In this document: positions 36,475 through 53,870 of the stretch, one piece after another
How positions within the stretch are numbered: the first letter of the stretch is position 1
How the letters are laid out: each line of letters opens with the position of its first letter
Source: Octopus vulgaris
Taxonomy: Eukaryota
Length of the DNA: 64,000 nucleotides
Assembly (NCBI GenBank): GCA_951406725.2
Contig: OX597821.1
Coordinates: forward strand, 68,138,001 to 68,202,000
Reading direction: 5' to 3'
Notes under the pieces: model-generated
Told to the model about the DNA's origin: nothing
What the model saw: only the letters and a program-made list of their open reading frames with translations
The model's database searches: none
Position numbers and translations under genes: made by a program

Positions 36475-36544
<70 letters not shown>

Positions 36545-36980
36545 GAAATGAAGAAAATGCTGACAAAATGATTTAAGTAAGGGAGAGTGTATTTAATTAG
36601 GTGAAAGTTCTTTTTACCGGTTGTGCATTTGTTATGCTTATCAAAAGATATTTTTTTAAGAGAGATAGAGTTCCTTTCTGATAGATTTTTTTCTCTTATC
36701 TATATGATGGACTCTCCCGTCGTTAGACGACGTATGAGGGTTCGACAATTTCTTACGGAACAACTACACAGATGATTTGTTTATAGCGATCAAATGTTTG
36801 TGTAGACGTAAGTTTACTCCCTCCATCAGATCGGCATTATCTGTACAGGCGCAACTGGGTGGCACATGTCAAAATGAAGTTCTTTGCTCAAGAACACAAC
36901 GTAACGCCCGGTCTTGGAATCGAACCGACGATCTCGCAATCGTGTGTGCAATGCCCTAAGCACTAAGTCATGCGCCTTCA

Positions 36981-37074
<94 letters not shown>

Positions 37075-37757
37075 CATATATCTAAATATATATATATGAA
37101 TATACATACACACATACATGCATATATATAAAGATATATATATATATAACGCACACACATATATTTATAAACAAAATCGAACACACATACAAAAGGTGTG
37201 TGTGTTGCTAGTTCGTGGGTGGCTGCGCTTTAGGCGTAAGGGAATATATTCTCAATCCGCCAGGTGTTAAAAACACCTGAAAGCAAGTCATAGGCCTTAA
37301 GACAACTCACATCAGGATCCTTCCCAGAGCGACGTTTCGTCATTGTGGTGACTTTTCAATGCCGTGTACCGAACAGGGTCCGCTGCAAACCATTCCGCCT
37401 ACTGTGACCATATGCTAAATGGTTTAAAAACAATTTGCTGACATAGACCAACGTTTCATGGCACCGAAAAAATTCAAATATGAATTAGAGGCAGCTCGTG
37501 GTATATAAATAAAATCTAACACATATGCACAAGGTGTATGAAAACAGATAGATTTTGGCACCAGAGAGGACAACCAGCCGCAGAAAACAAGTCGCATTCA
37601 ACGTTTGACTGTATAATAAATGTGAACATTAAAAATGAACTATAACTAGAAGACCTATTACTATCTCCCTTTGTGTGGGTGTTGTGTGTGTGTGTATATA
37701 TGTGTGTGTGCGTGCGCGAGCGTGCGTGTGTGCGCGTGTGTGTATATGTGTCTGTGT

Positions 37758-37815
<58 letters not shown>

Positions 37816-37830
37816 TATAGATAGATAGAC

Positions 37831-37902
<72 letters not shown>

Positions 37903-37903
37903 G

Positions 37904-37968
<65 letters not shown>

Positions 37969-39244
37969 AGTTGCAAATATATAAATATAGACACACACGT
38001 GCTCACACACGCTCATACACACATACGTATACACACGCACACTCACACACACATGTCAGATTTTTTTAGCTCTTATATCTACTATGAGTTTGAGAATCAT
38101 CCGTCTGATGTTTTATCAACGAAAGATATTTCAAGACCATTTAAAAATATTTCTTCATTTATATACCATGTGACGACTGCCTCTCCTGCAAGAAATTTGA
38201 AGTAATGGAAAAGTAATCAACTTTAAAAATAATATTATATTAGATTTACTCTACGAGACGAGACGTACTTAGACTTTAGTAATTTGTTTATAGCAGTGTT
38301 TGCAAACAACACAGCATATTTATGTGTGGGTGTGTGTGTCTGTATACGTGTGTCTGCGTATGTTTATCCCTGTATGTGTACGGTTATGTGAGTTTATGTG
38401 TATCATAATATAGCAATGAAATATAGCACTTAAATTCCAGAAAACATCTTGTTACTTAGCTAACACATAGAGGATTATAAATCACCGTAGTTTCTTGCCT
38501 GAGATAGAAAAGCAAAGAATACATTATGAAAATAAAATTAGAGAAACCAATAGTTTATTTACAAATCAAGAGACAGAATCTGTAACAGGAAAACATTTAG
38601 AACAAAAACAAAATATACTCATAGAATAAAGCAACATCTTTTTTTTATTCCTATGTTGAAATTAATATATTAAATGCTAAATATAAATACGCCGACGCTG
38701 GCCAAGGATTGTGGTAGGGGTTATGTCACTGAATTGTATAATCGAGTGCAATCATCTCTTTTATTACTCAGGCTCGAATCCTATTAATATCTGTATTTTT
38801 TTCTGGTGAAATGCCCTGCTCAATGAAATAATGTGCTAGTTAAGTGCTGGGGACCCAACTCCAAAATTCAAAGATTTCGGTACAGATTGTTTCGTGGTAT
38901 CACCATACAGCTTTATACATTCTGTGTTCAAATCCCATCGAGGCAAATTTGGCTTCAGCGGCATTTGAATAGAATAATGTATTAGTCAAAATACTATGTT
39001 ACTGCAATCGACTAATATTCTCATCTCAAATATAGCTAAATCTGCATCTAAATTAAAAATAAAAAATAAATAAAAAAAATATAGAATTACAGTAATTATA
39101 AAGTATTAAGTTACAAAATAATTATGATTTTTATCTGTTAAAGATTATCGAGGCAGGTGTCAACATTCAGTTCCAACGTCTTCGAAAAGTAGTTTTATGA
39201 TATATAGCCTGAGTATAGTTAAAAGACGATTTGAAGGGGAATTA

Positions 39245-40018
39245 ACAAACATTGGGCTAAATTTGACAGTGTGCATAAAAGCAGAAGAGAACGCAATATC
39301 CCATCCATATCAGATCATGGTTCGGGGATAAATGTTTGCTCAAAGTAGCTGCACTCACTTTCTACCACAGCCCCAAGTCAACTCTGGTACCTGACGTATG
39401 CGTTCCTCACTGTATCCCAAGGAAGATCTTTTACCTCCTTGATGTTAGCCACCAGTTCGGCCTTGGTGTTGCAGGTAGAGCGGCTGGTATCTTCCCAATC
39501 GCGACCCACAAATAATAATCCATGGAATTACAGTCGGGGGAATTAGAAGACTAGAAACTGGAGCCGGTGAACTCATAGAAACCTTAACCCTCAGATAATC
39601 ACTGAACCGAATCCTGCTACCACACATATGGCCTTCAAGTAGCAACTCATTCAAGCCAGGGATTGACTATAGTCTTCAGCAGTTTCAAATAGCCATCAGA
39701 ATTGAGCCAAAGGCTCAGTTCAAAGATGTGGAGGTGAAGTGCAGCGAGCAGACACAGACAGGAGACTGCTGTGTCTCTTCCTTCTGGCCACGGCTTCGTA
39801 GTCTCCGTTGCAGAAGTACATGTCACGTCTTACACTCTTTACAGAGTTCACAGAGTATTGAACAGTAGTCATGATATCGGTATTTTGATACTATATGTGT
39901 ATCATCAATGATACACGTATTTATGCTCTCCAACGCCGTTGACTGATCAACATTACATCAAGCTGTTTCTGAATAAAAGGAGACATAAAAGCCGTCAAAT
40001 TTAGTCCGAACACCCTGT
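39245..40018 (-). mobile_element. Decayed maT/DD37D-like transposon
   Basis: TIR CAGGGTGTTCGGACTAAATTTGAC with partner GGGCTAAATTTGAC near 39254; remnant NSPDCNSMDYYLW..NTKAELVANIKEV. Confidence 0.65.
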
Positions 40019-40582
40019 AAATAAAATACTCCTAAATATAAAATTAGTGCTTCCGGTGATGAGACAGTGTTTCCGATCATAACTTGTGGATAATAATGAT
40101 TTATCGATGGGGGTGACTGCAGATAGCGATGACGTTTTGATAGATAGGTTTATTGACTGAGGGAGCGCTTGCTGTTCGTGATGACTAGTTGAAGGTGATT
40201 GATTATAATAATGTTGACATAGAGAGAGAGATGACTCGTTGACAGGGGTATTTTTTTCATAGGGATATTGATGTCTTCTTCAGTGTTATGACTTTCTATA
40301 TTAACGGCATTCGAGATGAGTTTAACTTAATGACAGATACATTATCGATAGTGACATCTTCATTGTGAAGTTGAAATAATGTCGTGCGTATGTGTGCATA
40401 TCTGTGTGTAATGGATCTGTAGAATGAAATATTTTTAAGATGACAGGAGAAATAATTGATATCGGTGCTCCAGCATGGATGCCGAGAAACCGTGAATGAT
40501 AGCGGGAATCGAATAAATCGCATTTGAAGCTATCGAGAAACTCAGAGTTCTGAATGTAAGTGCTCGATTCCTTTTTAATTTG

Positions 40583-41648
<1,066 letters not shown>

Positions 41649-41708
41649 TATATATATATACAGATACACACATACGCACATACACACACACACACACGCA
41701 CATACACA

Positions 41709-41741
<33 letters not shown>

Positions 41742-42255
41742 GATGTGTTCTCTCTGCGGTGAATTTACTTCAAAAGAGGAGAGCATCTCTTCTAGGTTAA
41801 ATTCTGTTACGTTGAAGAATATGTACATTTAAGCTTTGTCTCTTAATCTTTTCATGTCTACATAGAATAAAATTCTTAAAGTTTCGGGGTTTTTTCATCT
41901 TTCTTCTGCAAAAGACAGAGACATATGCACAGAGAGACAGACAGAACATTAACGTATCTCAAGGAAAATCTTTATATTGTAGGTATTAAAGCAAAGCAGT
42001 TACATGTTTTACGGAAATGTGAGATGATTATAACAAATGACAAGATATGAAAAAAAGTTAACAAACAATAGTTACCTTGTTACTAGTTTCGGTTGTAATG
42101 CTTAATCGCATAACCAGATGGAGTAACACTTATGTTTAGGTATTTAGAGATAAGCAAGAAAACAATGTAGCTAAACATACGTACATATCATACATACATA
42201 TATGCAGACAGACTGAGATATAGACAGGCAAATTGGGAAACAAATAGAGAAACAT

Positions 42256-42345
<90 letters not shown>

Positions 42346-42350
42346 TGATT

Positions 42351-42427
<77 letters not shown>

Positions 42428-42879
42428 GGACAATGGAGGAAATCGTAAGAAGAATGGGAACAGTAGGAAGAATCGTAAGTAAATTAAATTATACGCCATA
42501 GGATACATAGAATGAATATGACAAAATCGCGTAGCAAATTAACTGGAATTGAATTAAGTAATAAATACCTGTAGAGTTTGAGTCTCCATCTCTGGTTATG
42601 TTCTTAATGTTCAGTCGAGAGCGCTTAAACGTTGAAACACAATCACCTCACGTGGTGTGTTTTTCTTTCTCTCATCGATAGCTTGGCATATCAGGAGTAC
42701 AGACTCGCAAATGCAACACATATTTTTCTATCTTCAGTCGCTTTGTTTACATAAATGTAACTCTCAGAGTTTGGCACTAAATTCTATAGAAAATCTGTGG
42801 AGGTAACTTAAAAGTGATATATGATATGATTTTGTGCCAAACATGGCTTGAGACCATTGTAGCGTAAGAGAGGACAAAG

Positions 42880-43100
42880 AAGGAAAACAATAGACCGAAC
42901 ACATTGATTGACAAAATGCTTAAAGGACTGGATATATCATAGACCAGAAGAAAACAAGACTATGGTAATAAATTCCAGAGAACAGAAGTTCGAAGAAAGA
43001 AGCTTTTAGAATAAATGGATTGATGACTAACAGGAAGCCCAACAAAGAAACGATTCGCCAGGGAAGAGATGCGTGTGATACGCTTAAAGGTCAAGGCCAG
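42880..43100 (-). mobile_element. Old Jockey-group/CR1-like LINE C-terminal remnant
   Basis: YSKSFFLRTSVLWNLLP matches the SFF.RT..LWN.LP motif. Confidence 0.55.
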
Positions 43101-43561
43101 AAATTTCGTCAAAGCAATGACCATGGAAATACTTATGGAAAAAACACAAAGACCACACATACATGTGTACATTATATATCTGTGTGTGTGTATATATACA
43201 TATATATATATACTACTTACTACCTACAATCCTTCTTATTCTCATACTACTTGCATTCTTTCTTATTCTCCCTTCTCTTTCTTCTTTTCCTCCTCTCCTT
43301 CTTCTTCTTCTTCGACTTCTTCTCCTCCTCCCTCTCCTCTTCCCTCTCCTCCTCCCTCTCCTCCTCCCTCTTCTTCTTCTACTTCTTCTTCCCTACCAGG
43401 AATTCACAAGGACCTCGAACAGTAACACAAGAGTAAACAAGAGAGACAGAGACAGGTAGAAACAAGAGAAATGCCACTTGTATTTGAACACTATGCAAGT
43501 ATTCTTTAAAAAAAAACTTTTCTTTTAATTTTTCCAAAATTTAATTGTTTTTCCATACTTA

Positions 43562-43597
43562 CAGTTGAAAACGTCTCAGTGACTGAAACCGGTACTG
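43562..43597 (+). ncRNA. Decayed minimal hammerhead
   Basis: CAG-TTGAAAA-CGTC TCAGT GACT-GAAAC-CG-GTA-CTG, followed by (TA)n. Confidence 0.5.
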
Positions 43598-43624
43598 AAA
43601 TGTTTTTTTTATAAATATACATAG

Positions 43625-43673
<49 letters not shown>

Positions 43674-43844
43674 TTATATATATATATATAATAATTAGAG
43701 ACAAAACCACTATTTTGTAAATCAAACAAGGAAAGACTTGTTGTTTTGTCTCTAATTAATATTATATAATATTTTACTATAAAATTGGATTCAATCCTAA
43801 ATCTGATTTTTCCCTGTAAATTTGGATTTGTTCCCTAATATTTT

Positions 43845-43882
<38 letters not shown>

Positions 43883-43900
43883 CATACATACATACATACA

Positions 43901-43932
<32 letters not shown>

Positions 43933-43955
43933 CAGACAGACAGATAGGCAGACAA

Positions 43956-44031
<76 letters not shown>

Positions 44032-44297
44032 ATAGAAAAATGCTTCATGTTAATCTTCTATCCTTTGGTTCTTAACTTTCATTCTTATAATCTGACCTTT
44101 AAGACAGAATGGTAATTTATCGTCAACCTGGCCCTTTTCCTTCATTTTCTGTCACTTACCCGTTTATATAAACTCTATGGATACTATGAAATTCCTGATG
44201 TATATCTAGTAACAGGAACATCTTAACTAATGATATATCAAGTAGCCACCATCCTTGAGCGTGCTTTGCATAGCATTTAACAAGTTTGTATACTTGA

Positions 44298-44919
<622 letters not shown>

Positions 44920-44984
44920 ATATATATATATATATACATATGTGTGTGTGGGTGCGTGTATGTGTATGTATGTATGTATGTATG

Positions 44985-45027
<43 letters not shown>

Positions 45028-45193
45028 AAATTGGGTGTATATATATACATATATATATATGTATATATATATATATGTATATATATATATAAATAGATAT
45101 AGATATACATATATATATATATATATATACATATCTATATATATATATACATATCTCTCTCTCTATATATATACACATATATATATGTATGTT

Positions 45194-45232
<39 letters not shown>

Positions 45233-45249
45233 GTATATACACATATATA

Positions 45250-45286
<37 letters not shown>

Positions 45287-47080
45287 GTATCTGAATGGTT
45301 TTGCATATCTGAACATCAAACACGACAGCTCCTCAATATAAAGTAATCTACCCAAGTAGACGACAGGTAGATTTGAACTCATCATGTAAAGAGCCGAAAC
45401 AAATACTGCAAGACATCCGGTCCGTCGTTCTTACAGTTCCATTAGTCTACTGTCATTGGAGTGATACTGTTGTAGCGGTAGCTAGATAGTTGAATGAAGT
45501 CCCTTGCAAGAAAGATTATAGAGTAACCTCCCTTTTCTAAGTTTCTCGAAGCATCCGTATCATGAGACATGATTCTTAATTATTTAAGTAGCTTAGCGTT
45601 TCTCTTGGAAGTTTCTAGAATGTCTAGCGTTCCATTAATAAAAACAGCTAGCTAACCCTGCTCTTCGCTTCTTAGTTATTAGACTCAGAACTATTCACGT
45701 CATTGCTATGTCCGTCTATTTCTCTTCGCCACATGATTGAAAACCACCACTTAGCTGTTATTTCCATATTTCCTATCTCTGAACTTTCTTGCATAGATTA
45801 CTTCATTCAACTAGATTCTAAATATTGATTCTATGTATCATCATCGACCAGAAAATAAAATATCTTTTTTATGTAGTAAATATATACATCTTGAGTTCAT
45901 TCTTCATCTCTTTATGAACTATTGTAATAACACGCAACCACATCAACACCTTGTACTGACTATATATTACCACTACACTGTCCTTATCGACCTAAAAAAA
46001 ATAGCACAAAGTTCGCCTCGATAGGATTCGAACTTAGGGTGCCGATAATCAGAACTTATACTACTGGGCAATATATCTCTCTAACTCTGCCAATTCGCCA
46101 CTTACGACTGAAAATTTACAACTTTTACCCAACAACGAAGCTCATAGTTCACACTTATTTTTTATTCTATTTTAATTCAATTTACTATCATATGATTATA
46201 TCATGCGACTCAATCTATCTATCTGTATACATAATACTTAATTTACTTAACTATCCGACGATAATTTTCACTTTCATCTTTCTCTAAATCTCTACCTATC
46301 AATCAGTCTCTCTATCTAACTGGTTATTTGTCGGTCATTCTGCTATCTAAGTATCTGCTTCTCTATCACTGTGTCTAAATATCTATTCATCCTTGCAACT
46401 TCATCTGCCAAACGGTTAAGTATTAAAACCTAAACCAACAACAAAGCATCTATTGTCAGTTATATTAATTTGATACGTTTTTGTGCTTCTAGTATTATCT
46501 CCTCTCACATTGCTGCAAGCCACATACAACTGCTAAATACCCATAAGATATACATACATAAAAATGTAGAAGAGATAATAAAAATATGTATGCTTATATA
46601 CGAGCGTTTGTCCATAAATTGTATATGAAATTCCCAAGAACAAACACGCTGATATTTAGAGAATGAAACAAGATATATGAAATATAAATTGTTTCTGTAC
46701 CCCCACGTTCTTTCCCCCTCACTCCTGCTAATAAATAGGTGCAACATTCTACTGATATCGAAAAGCAGTATTATATATACACCAAAGAAATAACATTGTA
46801 CCCTCTTCCTCATGAAACAAACAGAAGGAAAACATTAACAAAAGTGATTGTTGAACATACGTGATATAAATGGCGAGTGTGCGGTGTTGAAGAGATAAAA
46901 TAAATATAAGAAAACCGTGAGGGAATAATCAGTCACAGAGAGAGAGAGAGAGTCTAGTCAAATATTTTTGGAAGCGATTAGTAGTTCTCGTTAGTATATT
47001 TCGGAAGATATCACAGTCTGCTTATGTGAATAGACTGACCTATGTATGTATAGCTATCTTCGATATATATATATACATAC

Positions 47081-47182
<102 letters not shown>

Positions 47183-47276
47183 CATATATACATATATATA
47201 CATTTATATGTATATATGTGTGTATGTATATATATGTATATATGTATGTATGCATGTATATATACATATATACATA

Positions 47277-47317
<41 letters not shown>

Positions 47318-47350
47318 GTGTGTATATATATATATCTTGTATGAATAGAT

Positions 47351-47412
<62 letters not shown>

Positions 47413-48259
47413 TGTATGGGGAATTAACGATAAACGTCTGTACAAATAACAATTTTGGCAAAAGTAGCAATGTGTGAAATAATGTATTCTCTACACTTGT
47501 GCGGTATATGTGCAAAATCGGTGCGCGCTGGAGAATATAACGCTTTGTGGTATTAAGTTCCCTATCTTTATATTCTGAGTTCAATTTACGGCCAAAGTTG
47601 TCTTAGTTTTTATCCTTCCGAGACCAATAATACCTGTATCAATCAGCTGTTGGTGTTGATTTAATTGACTCTGTTCTTTCTACTAAAATATATACTCTTA
47701 GAAAATCACGTCGCTGGGAATCGAACTCACGACCTTACTCGCGCATGTCGAAGATCCTAACTATTTAACCTACACAGCCTGTGTGTTAAATACATCGGGA
47801 CAATCGCAGACTGGTCGGTTCGTCGGTGTTATTGCTTAGCTTCAGATAAACCTTGATCATACCTTTCATCTAAGGTATTCTACGCGTGACAACAGTGTGC
47901 AGGGAGCCGAAGACTAAATTGCTCAACATGTCATTTTAAAGACAAATGGGTGTGCATGAGAAAGACTTGCTGATATTTCTAGCAAATTGTATGACCATGT
48001 TGAAGATCGTTCTTTTTGTTGTCTACTGAGATGTTGTATAATAGATATCTAAGATAATCTGTATCGATATCCATTTAAGATGATTCATTATTATAATTAT
48101 ACAGTAAGGACCAAAACGGCGAACTGGCAGAATCGTTAGCACACCTGACATAATACTTAGCGGCATTTCGTCCATCTTTACGTTCTGAGTTCAAAATCCG
48201 CAGAGGTCGACTTTGCTTTTCATCCTTTCGGGGTCAATAAAATAAGTACACATTGTGCA

Positions 48260-48789
48260 TTCATCATCATCATTGTTCGACCGTGGTCGAGACAATGGAA
48301 TTTAGCATGCTACGCCAGACTACACGGTCCATCATGGCATTACGGAGGTCCTGTTGCTGGATGCCTGTATCCTCTGGAGATTACATCAGGGTAGGAGAGT
48401 GTGCGCCCTCTGGTATTGCGAGTAGATGGCTTCCAGAGGAGAAGAGTAGAAATTACTTCTTTTTCAGCTCTACAACAATGTCCAGCAAACTGGACTCTCC
48501 TACCTTTCACAAGAGATGACACAGGTGGTAGTTTCCCATATATTTGCATTTTGGTTGGATGGCGCTTCCACGAGAGATTTTGAGCTCTCATAAGGAGGCG
48601 AGTGTAGGTTCCATCCAACCGCCTCTCAAGCTTCTTTGATAGCGTCCAGGTTTCTGAGCCATATAGTAGAATTGGTTCGACTGTGACTTTGAAGATTTCA
48701 AGTTTGAAGTCTCTACTTAGATTTGATGACCAGATCTTATGCATGTCATTACAGGCTGACCAGGCCATACCCTTTCTAGTTAGAAAGTC
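48260..48789 (-). mobile_element. 5'-truncated RTE-clade LINE with (GAT)n tail and 13-bp TSD, nested in a family A SINE
   Basis: VEPILLYGSETWTL..RLDGTYTRLLMRA..FAGHCCR; TACACATTGTGCA at 48247-48259 and 48790-48802. Confidence 0.92.
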
Positions 48790-49284
48790 TACACATTGTG
48801 CACTGGGGACGAACTAATCGACTAGCCCCTTCCCCCTAAATTTCGGGCCTTGTGCCTAAAAGTATTATTATACAATAAGAATAGTAATATAAGAAAACAA
48901 GCTGAATCAAACGCAACGACAACCAGGGAAGCGAGGACATTAGCAACGTCTACTAAAAAAAAACAATTCATAGACGAAGTCTTCAACTACTTCATTCTCC
49001 GAATGAAAGACAAGGAGTTAATTAATACCTTTAATTAATTATTTTTATGTTTACCTTTTTCTTATTTCAGTTATCGAACTATGCCACGCTGAGAAACCGC
49101 CTTGAAGGATTTAGTCGAACAGATCGATACCGGTCCTTATTTTGATAAATTCTAATACTTATTCTATCGAACTCATGTGCCGAATACCGCAAACCACGAC
49201 GACGCAAACAAACCAACTTTGACTGTAAAGCGATGGTAAGGGACAAGCACATTCACACACACACACACATGTATATATATATAT

Positions 49285-49815
49285 GCGTAACGGCAGACGA
49301 AATACCGCTAAGTATTTTTCCCGGTTGCTAACGATACATCCAGTTATTTACTTACTAATAAACCTTTCTATTCTAGGCACAATGCCTGAAATTTTGGTGG
49401 GAGGGGCTAGTAGATTACATCAAGCCCAGTACTTGACTGGTACTTAATTTATCGTCCCCGGAAAGATGAAGTGCAAAGTCAACCTCGGCGGAATTTGAAC
49501 TCAGAATGTGCAGACGGGCGAAACACCGCTAAGCATTTCGTCCAGTGTGTTAACAATTCGGCCAGCTAGCTACCTTTTATTTGCTAATAATGACAACGTG
49601 ATTGAACAGTGAGCTGGCAGAATCGTTAGCACGGCGTACAAAATGCTAAGCAGCATTTCGTCTATCGTTAGGTTTTGGGTTCACATTCTGCCGAGGTCGA
49701 CTTTGCCTTTCATCCTTCCGGGTTCGATATAATAAGAATCATTTGAACAGTGAGGTCAATGTAATCGACTCACCCCCTCCTCTGACCTTGCTGGCTTTGT
49801 GCCAAAATTTTAAAT
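49285..49815. mobile_element. Family A SINE copies, head-to-head
   Basis: Minus copy about 49360-49575, plus copy about 49610-49810. Confidence 0.8.
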
Positions 49816-49844
49816 CCGTTATTAGCAAATAATCTCTTATATAT

Positions 49845-50200
49845 CAGCAAGTCATCAGTTTCCGTAAGTCATCACCATCACGTCACGTGTATCAAGTCAT
49901 CGCTATCAACAAATCACTTGTGTCAGCAAGTCATTATTTCTACAAGTCGGCAGTTTCAACCCGTCATCACTTTCCACAAGTCATCACAATTCATAACCAT
50001 CAACAAGTCATCACTTTCAACAAGTGATCACAAACAATAACCATCAACAGGTTATCACTTTCAACAAGTGATCACAATCAATAACTATCAACAAGTCATC
50101 ACTTTCAACAAGCCTTCACTATCAGCATATCATCATTAACAAGCCATCTCTAAGAATAAACCATCAATATCAGTAAGCCATCATTATCAGCAAGTCATCA
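49845..50200. repeat. Degenerate minisatellite (CAAGTCATCAC-like core)
   Basis: More than a dozen variants of CAAGTCATCAC / TAACCATCAAC. Confidence 0.7.
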
Positions 50201-50304
50201 ACTAGTTAGCACTAACAGCAACTCGTGTATGAAATAGCCATCTCTGTACAATAAGAACATTAGGATCAATTAATCATCAATATCATGTCACCTGCAGCAG
50301 CTAC

Positions 50305-50336
<32 letters not shown>

Positions 50337-51639
50337 AGGAGGTGGTGGTGGTATGGCGGAGATCGTCGTCGTCGTAGTGGTAATGGTGGCGGTTACTGTC
50401 TTCTTCTTCTTCTTCTTCTTCTTCTTCTTCTTCTTCTTCTTCTTCTTCTTCTTCTTCTTCTTCTTCTTCTTCTTCTTTTTCTTCCAATCAGGACTCACGC
50501 CATTAGCCACAAAGAATAATCTCTAATTCGAGCCTACTCTAAGCTACTAAGAATGTGTGCGGCAACTTGAAGATCCACCCACCACACGTGATAGACTGGC
50601 GGTTGCACGGGTGCGAAAGCTACGTTGTTATCCTCATTCCGTAAACTGTGGCTTTTAACGGGTGGAGAGCCGAACCTTCCTGGGGTACAGAGGATTCGCA
50701 ATCTAGACTAGGGTCTGAAAGTTTACCACACCATAGTGGGTAACACCATGGTTGCTCTGCTTTGTGGTAGAAGTAGGAATAAAGAGTTGAAGAAAGTTGT
50801 GATGAAAGAGTACAGTGGGGTTCACCATCCTCCCCCGCCAGAGTCACGTAGAGTTTAGGTGTTTTTGCTCAACAAACACTCACAATGCCCGGTCTGGGTA
50901 TCGAAACCGCATTCTTACGACCTCGAGTCCGCTGCCCTAACCACTAGGCCATTGCGCCTCCACGGTGTTTGTTGTTGTTGTTGTTGTGATTGTTGTTATA
51001 GTAGTAAGAGGAGGAGTTGGGGATTGGGAGGAGAGGGAATGTTGGGAAGGAGGTAGTAGAATTCATTTTTTTTTTCGTTTTGTTCTATTTCGTGTTAGCC
51101 TTCTTTTTCTTCTTTCTTCTCGGTTTTCTACCCAGTCACCGCCTCATCCCCACCTCAACCCCATGACAAAATCTTCACAGCATCGGTATTTCTTTGCGGT
51201 ATTTCTTCCGGCTCTTTTTCTCTTTTTTTTTTACGTTCTGAGTTCAAATCCCGCCGAGATCAACTATACGTTCTTATATCCTTATGAGGTCGATAATGTA
51301 AAGTGCCAGACAGGATCGATAATATCGCCGTCCCATCCCCTCAAAACAGCTGGCGTTGTGCCTATATTAGAAGCTATCATCATCATTATCATCATTATCA
51401 TCATCATCATTATTATCATTAACAAGGTGGTGAGCTGGCAGAACCGTGAGCCAGCCGTACAAAATGCTTAACAGCATTTCTTTCGGTTTCAAGTTCTGAG
51501 TTCAAATTCCGTCCAGGTTGTCTTTGCCTTTCATCCTTTCTGGGTCAATAAAGTAAGTACCAGTTGATCACTGGCGTCGATATAATTGACTTTTCCATCC
51601 CTTAAAATTTCAGGTCTAATGCATGGATCATTTATCTAA

Positions 51640-52165
51640 TCTCTTCCGGAGAACATTCAGCCTGGAGCCTATGGATAACTTCCAGAAACCTTTGACCAGG
51701 CAAGTATTTCTACTAGGAAGCTCTACCGGTTCGAGATAAGCTCTACAGTTACAGACTGCTCCGTCCGAAATGAGTGCAGGGCGACGAAACTGCTCTGAAT
51801 GCACACGTCCAATGTCCAGGCATTGCTGACTTGTGTGTCTTTGTCAAACAGCTGTTGATGCGTATAGGACGGATCTGGTTATCATCCTCGTCCATCGTGA
51901 AGATCGCTCCACCACCATCTTTTGGCTGGAAAGGGAAGGCAGTTTTCCTCTGTCTGGTGGCTATGATGAAGAAGGTAGTGTGGTGGACGAGGTTGGAAGG
52001 ACTGAAGGCAGATACCTTCCACGTCAGCCAAGCCCACATCGACTTTTTCAAATTCCACTTGAAAAGAAAAGTGAGGGAGGAGAAGGAAGTTTTCCCCACA
52101 CCCACCACAAATAGTTTTGTTGCAAGGTGGGTGAATGTAGTGAGGATGGACCACGTGAATGGGCT
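51640..52165 (+). mobile_element. L1/Tx1-type ORF2 C-terminal remnant
   Basis: ALPVRDKLY, GDETALNAHVQCP (decayed zf-RVT), LVAMMKKVVWWTR, FVARW. Confidence 0.7.
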
Positions 52166-52679
52166 CACTCCTCTGGCTTACTAGCGTATCTGCGCATGCG
52201 CTTGTAAGCCCTGGGAGTTGAGAAGGAGAGAGGCATCTGCTGAGGTGTCCCTGACGGTCCGAGGTTACTAGGATGTGTGTGGGGTTCTTCTGTTGACCCT
52301 GAGAATTTCTGGAGAATTTTATTGTAAATAATATTTCTTGGGGCTCTTGTAGAATATAAGATGGTACTTTTCTGCGGGTCGACAATGTTAGTTTCAATCT
52401 TAATCTCTTTCAGTCTTCTAGGTAGCATTTAGTATTAATATTATTATTATCATTATTTTTCTTTCACCTTTTTCTCCATTGTCTTCATTTTTTTCTGATT
52501 TTTCTGCTATCACTCTTTCCCTTTTTTCTTAATCTTCCAACCCTTTTCTCAGTATTTTTTTTTGTTCATTTTTCATTTCCTTTCCTATATGTTAACCTTT
52601 ATTATCGTTACTTTCTTCCTTTTGCATCTCACTATATTTTGTTTTTCCACTTCCTTCATTTTCATTCCCTTCCTATCAA

Positions 52680-52738
<59 letters not shown>

Positions 52739-53758
52739 GTCTTGTCTGTCTCTCTGCCTCTCCCCACCTCTCTCTCTTTCTCTTCTTACTCCCTCGCTGT
52801 TTTACTCTTTCTCTAACTGTACCTTCTTGCTATTTCTTTTTCCAACCTATTTTTCAGAAATATTTTTTCCCTTCAACAGTTCCTCATTCATCACTCACCT
52901 TACAACCAAACACTCTATATCTATCCCTTCCACATTCGTTTCTTCACTTCTCTTGGATTTTTCTCCTCATCCTCACCAAAAGCACTCCCTTTCAGCTCAC
53001 TTTTATCTTAACCCATTTCTCAATTGCATATTTTTCTTCTCTATTTTCCTTCTTTAATTTTTCTCTTCTACCTTAATACTATTCATCCTTCTAACAATTT
53101 AACATTTTATTTCTTTCATTTTATATTTTCATTCCCTAATTCTGTAGCTGTCTTTTTTTTATACTCTCACATTTTTATTACCAATTTTTCAATATCCTTT
53201 CCCTTTTCATCCTTCTTCATCATCCTTTTTTTCCCTCCTAAATCCACTTGCAATATCTATATTCTTCCGCCATATTGGAGGAAGGAAAGCAAAAACAAAA
53301 AAAATAGCAAAATAACGTTTCTTATACACAACTGACATTTGGAAGATTTTTTTTTTATCCCCATCACAGGTATTGTCGTCCATGATTTTTTTTTTTTTTC
53401 ACCGATGCTGTTTTACCCTCCTTGTTTGTATAGCACCTACAGATAAGTAAAGCTAGAAACCAACAGAACACGAATAGACACTAATAAACGCAGGCATACA
53501 CACACTTTCGGCACACGCACACATAAAGGCGCGTGTTTATACACAAACATAAATATATACAACACACACACGCACACCCCAATACATAGTAACATACACA
53601 TTTGCGGGTGGTTATTCGTGCATATAGATGCGCATTAAAGAGACTTGCACTTACAAAGTTACTAATACCAATATGTGTGTGTGTGTGTGTTTGTGAGCGT
53701 ATATGTGCAGCGCGTGTGTGTATTACGTATGCATATAAATGTGTATATATATGTATAT

Positions 53759-53818
<60 letters not shown>

Positions 53819-53836
53819 ATGTATGCATGTATGTAT

Positions 53837-53870
<34 letters not shown>

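Noticed and set aside
42075-42122. Hairpin followed by GAAAC-TA-GTA on minus strand
   Set aside because: CUGANGA core is missing, so it cannot be called a ribozyme
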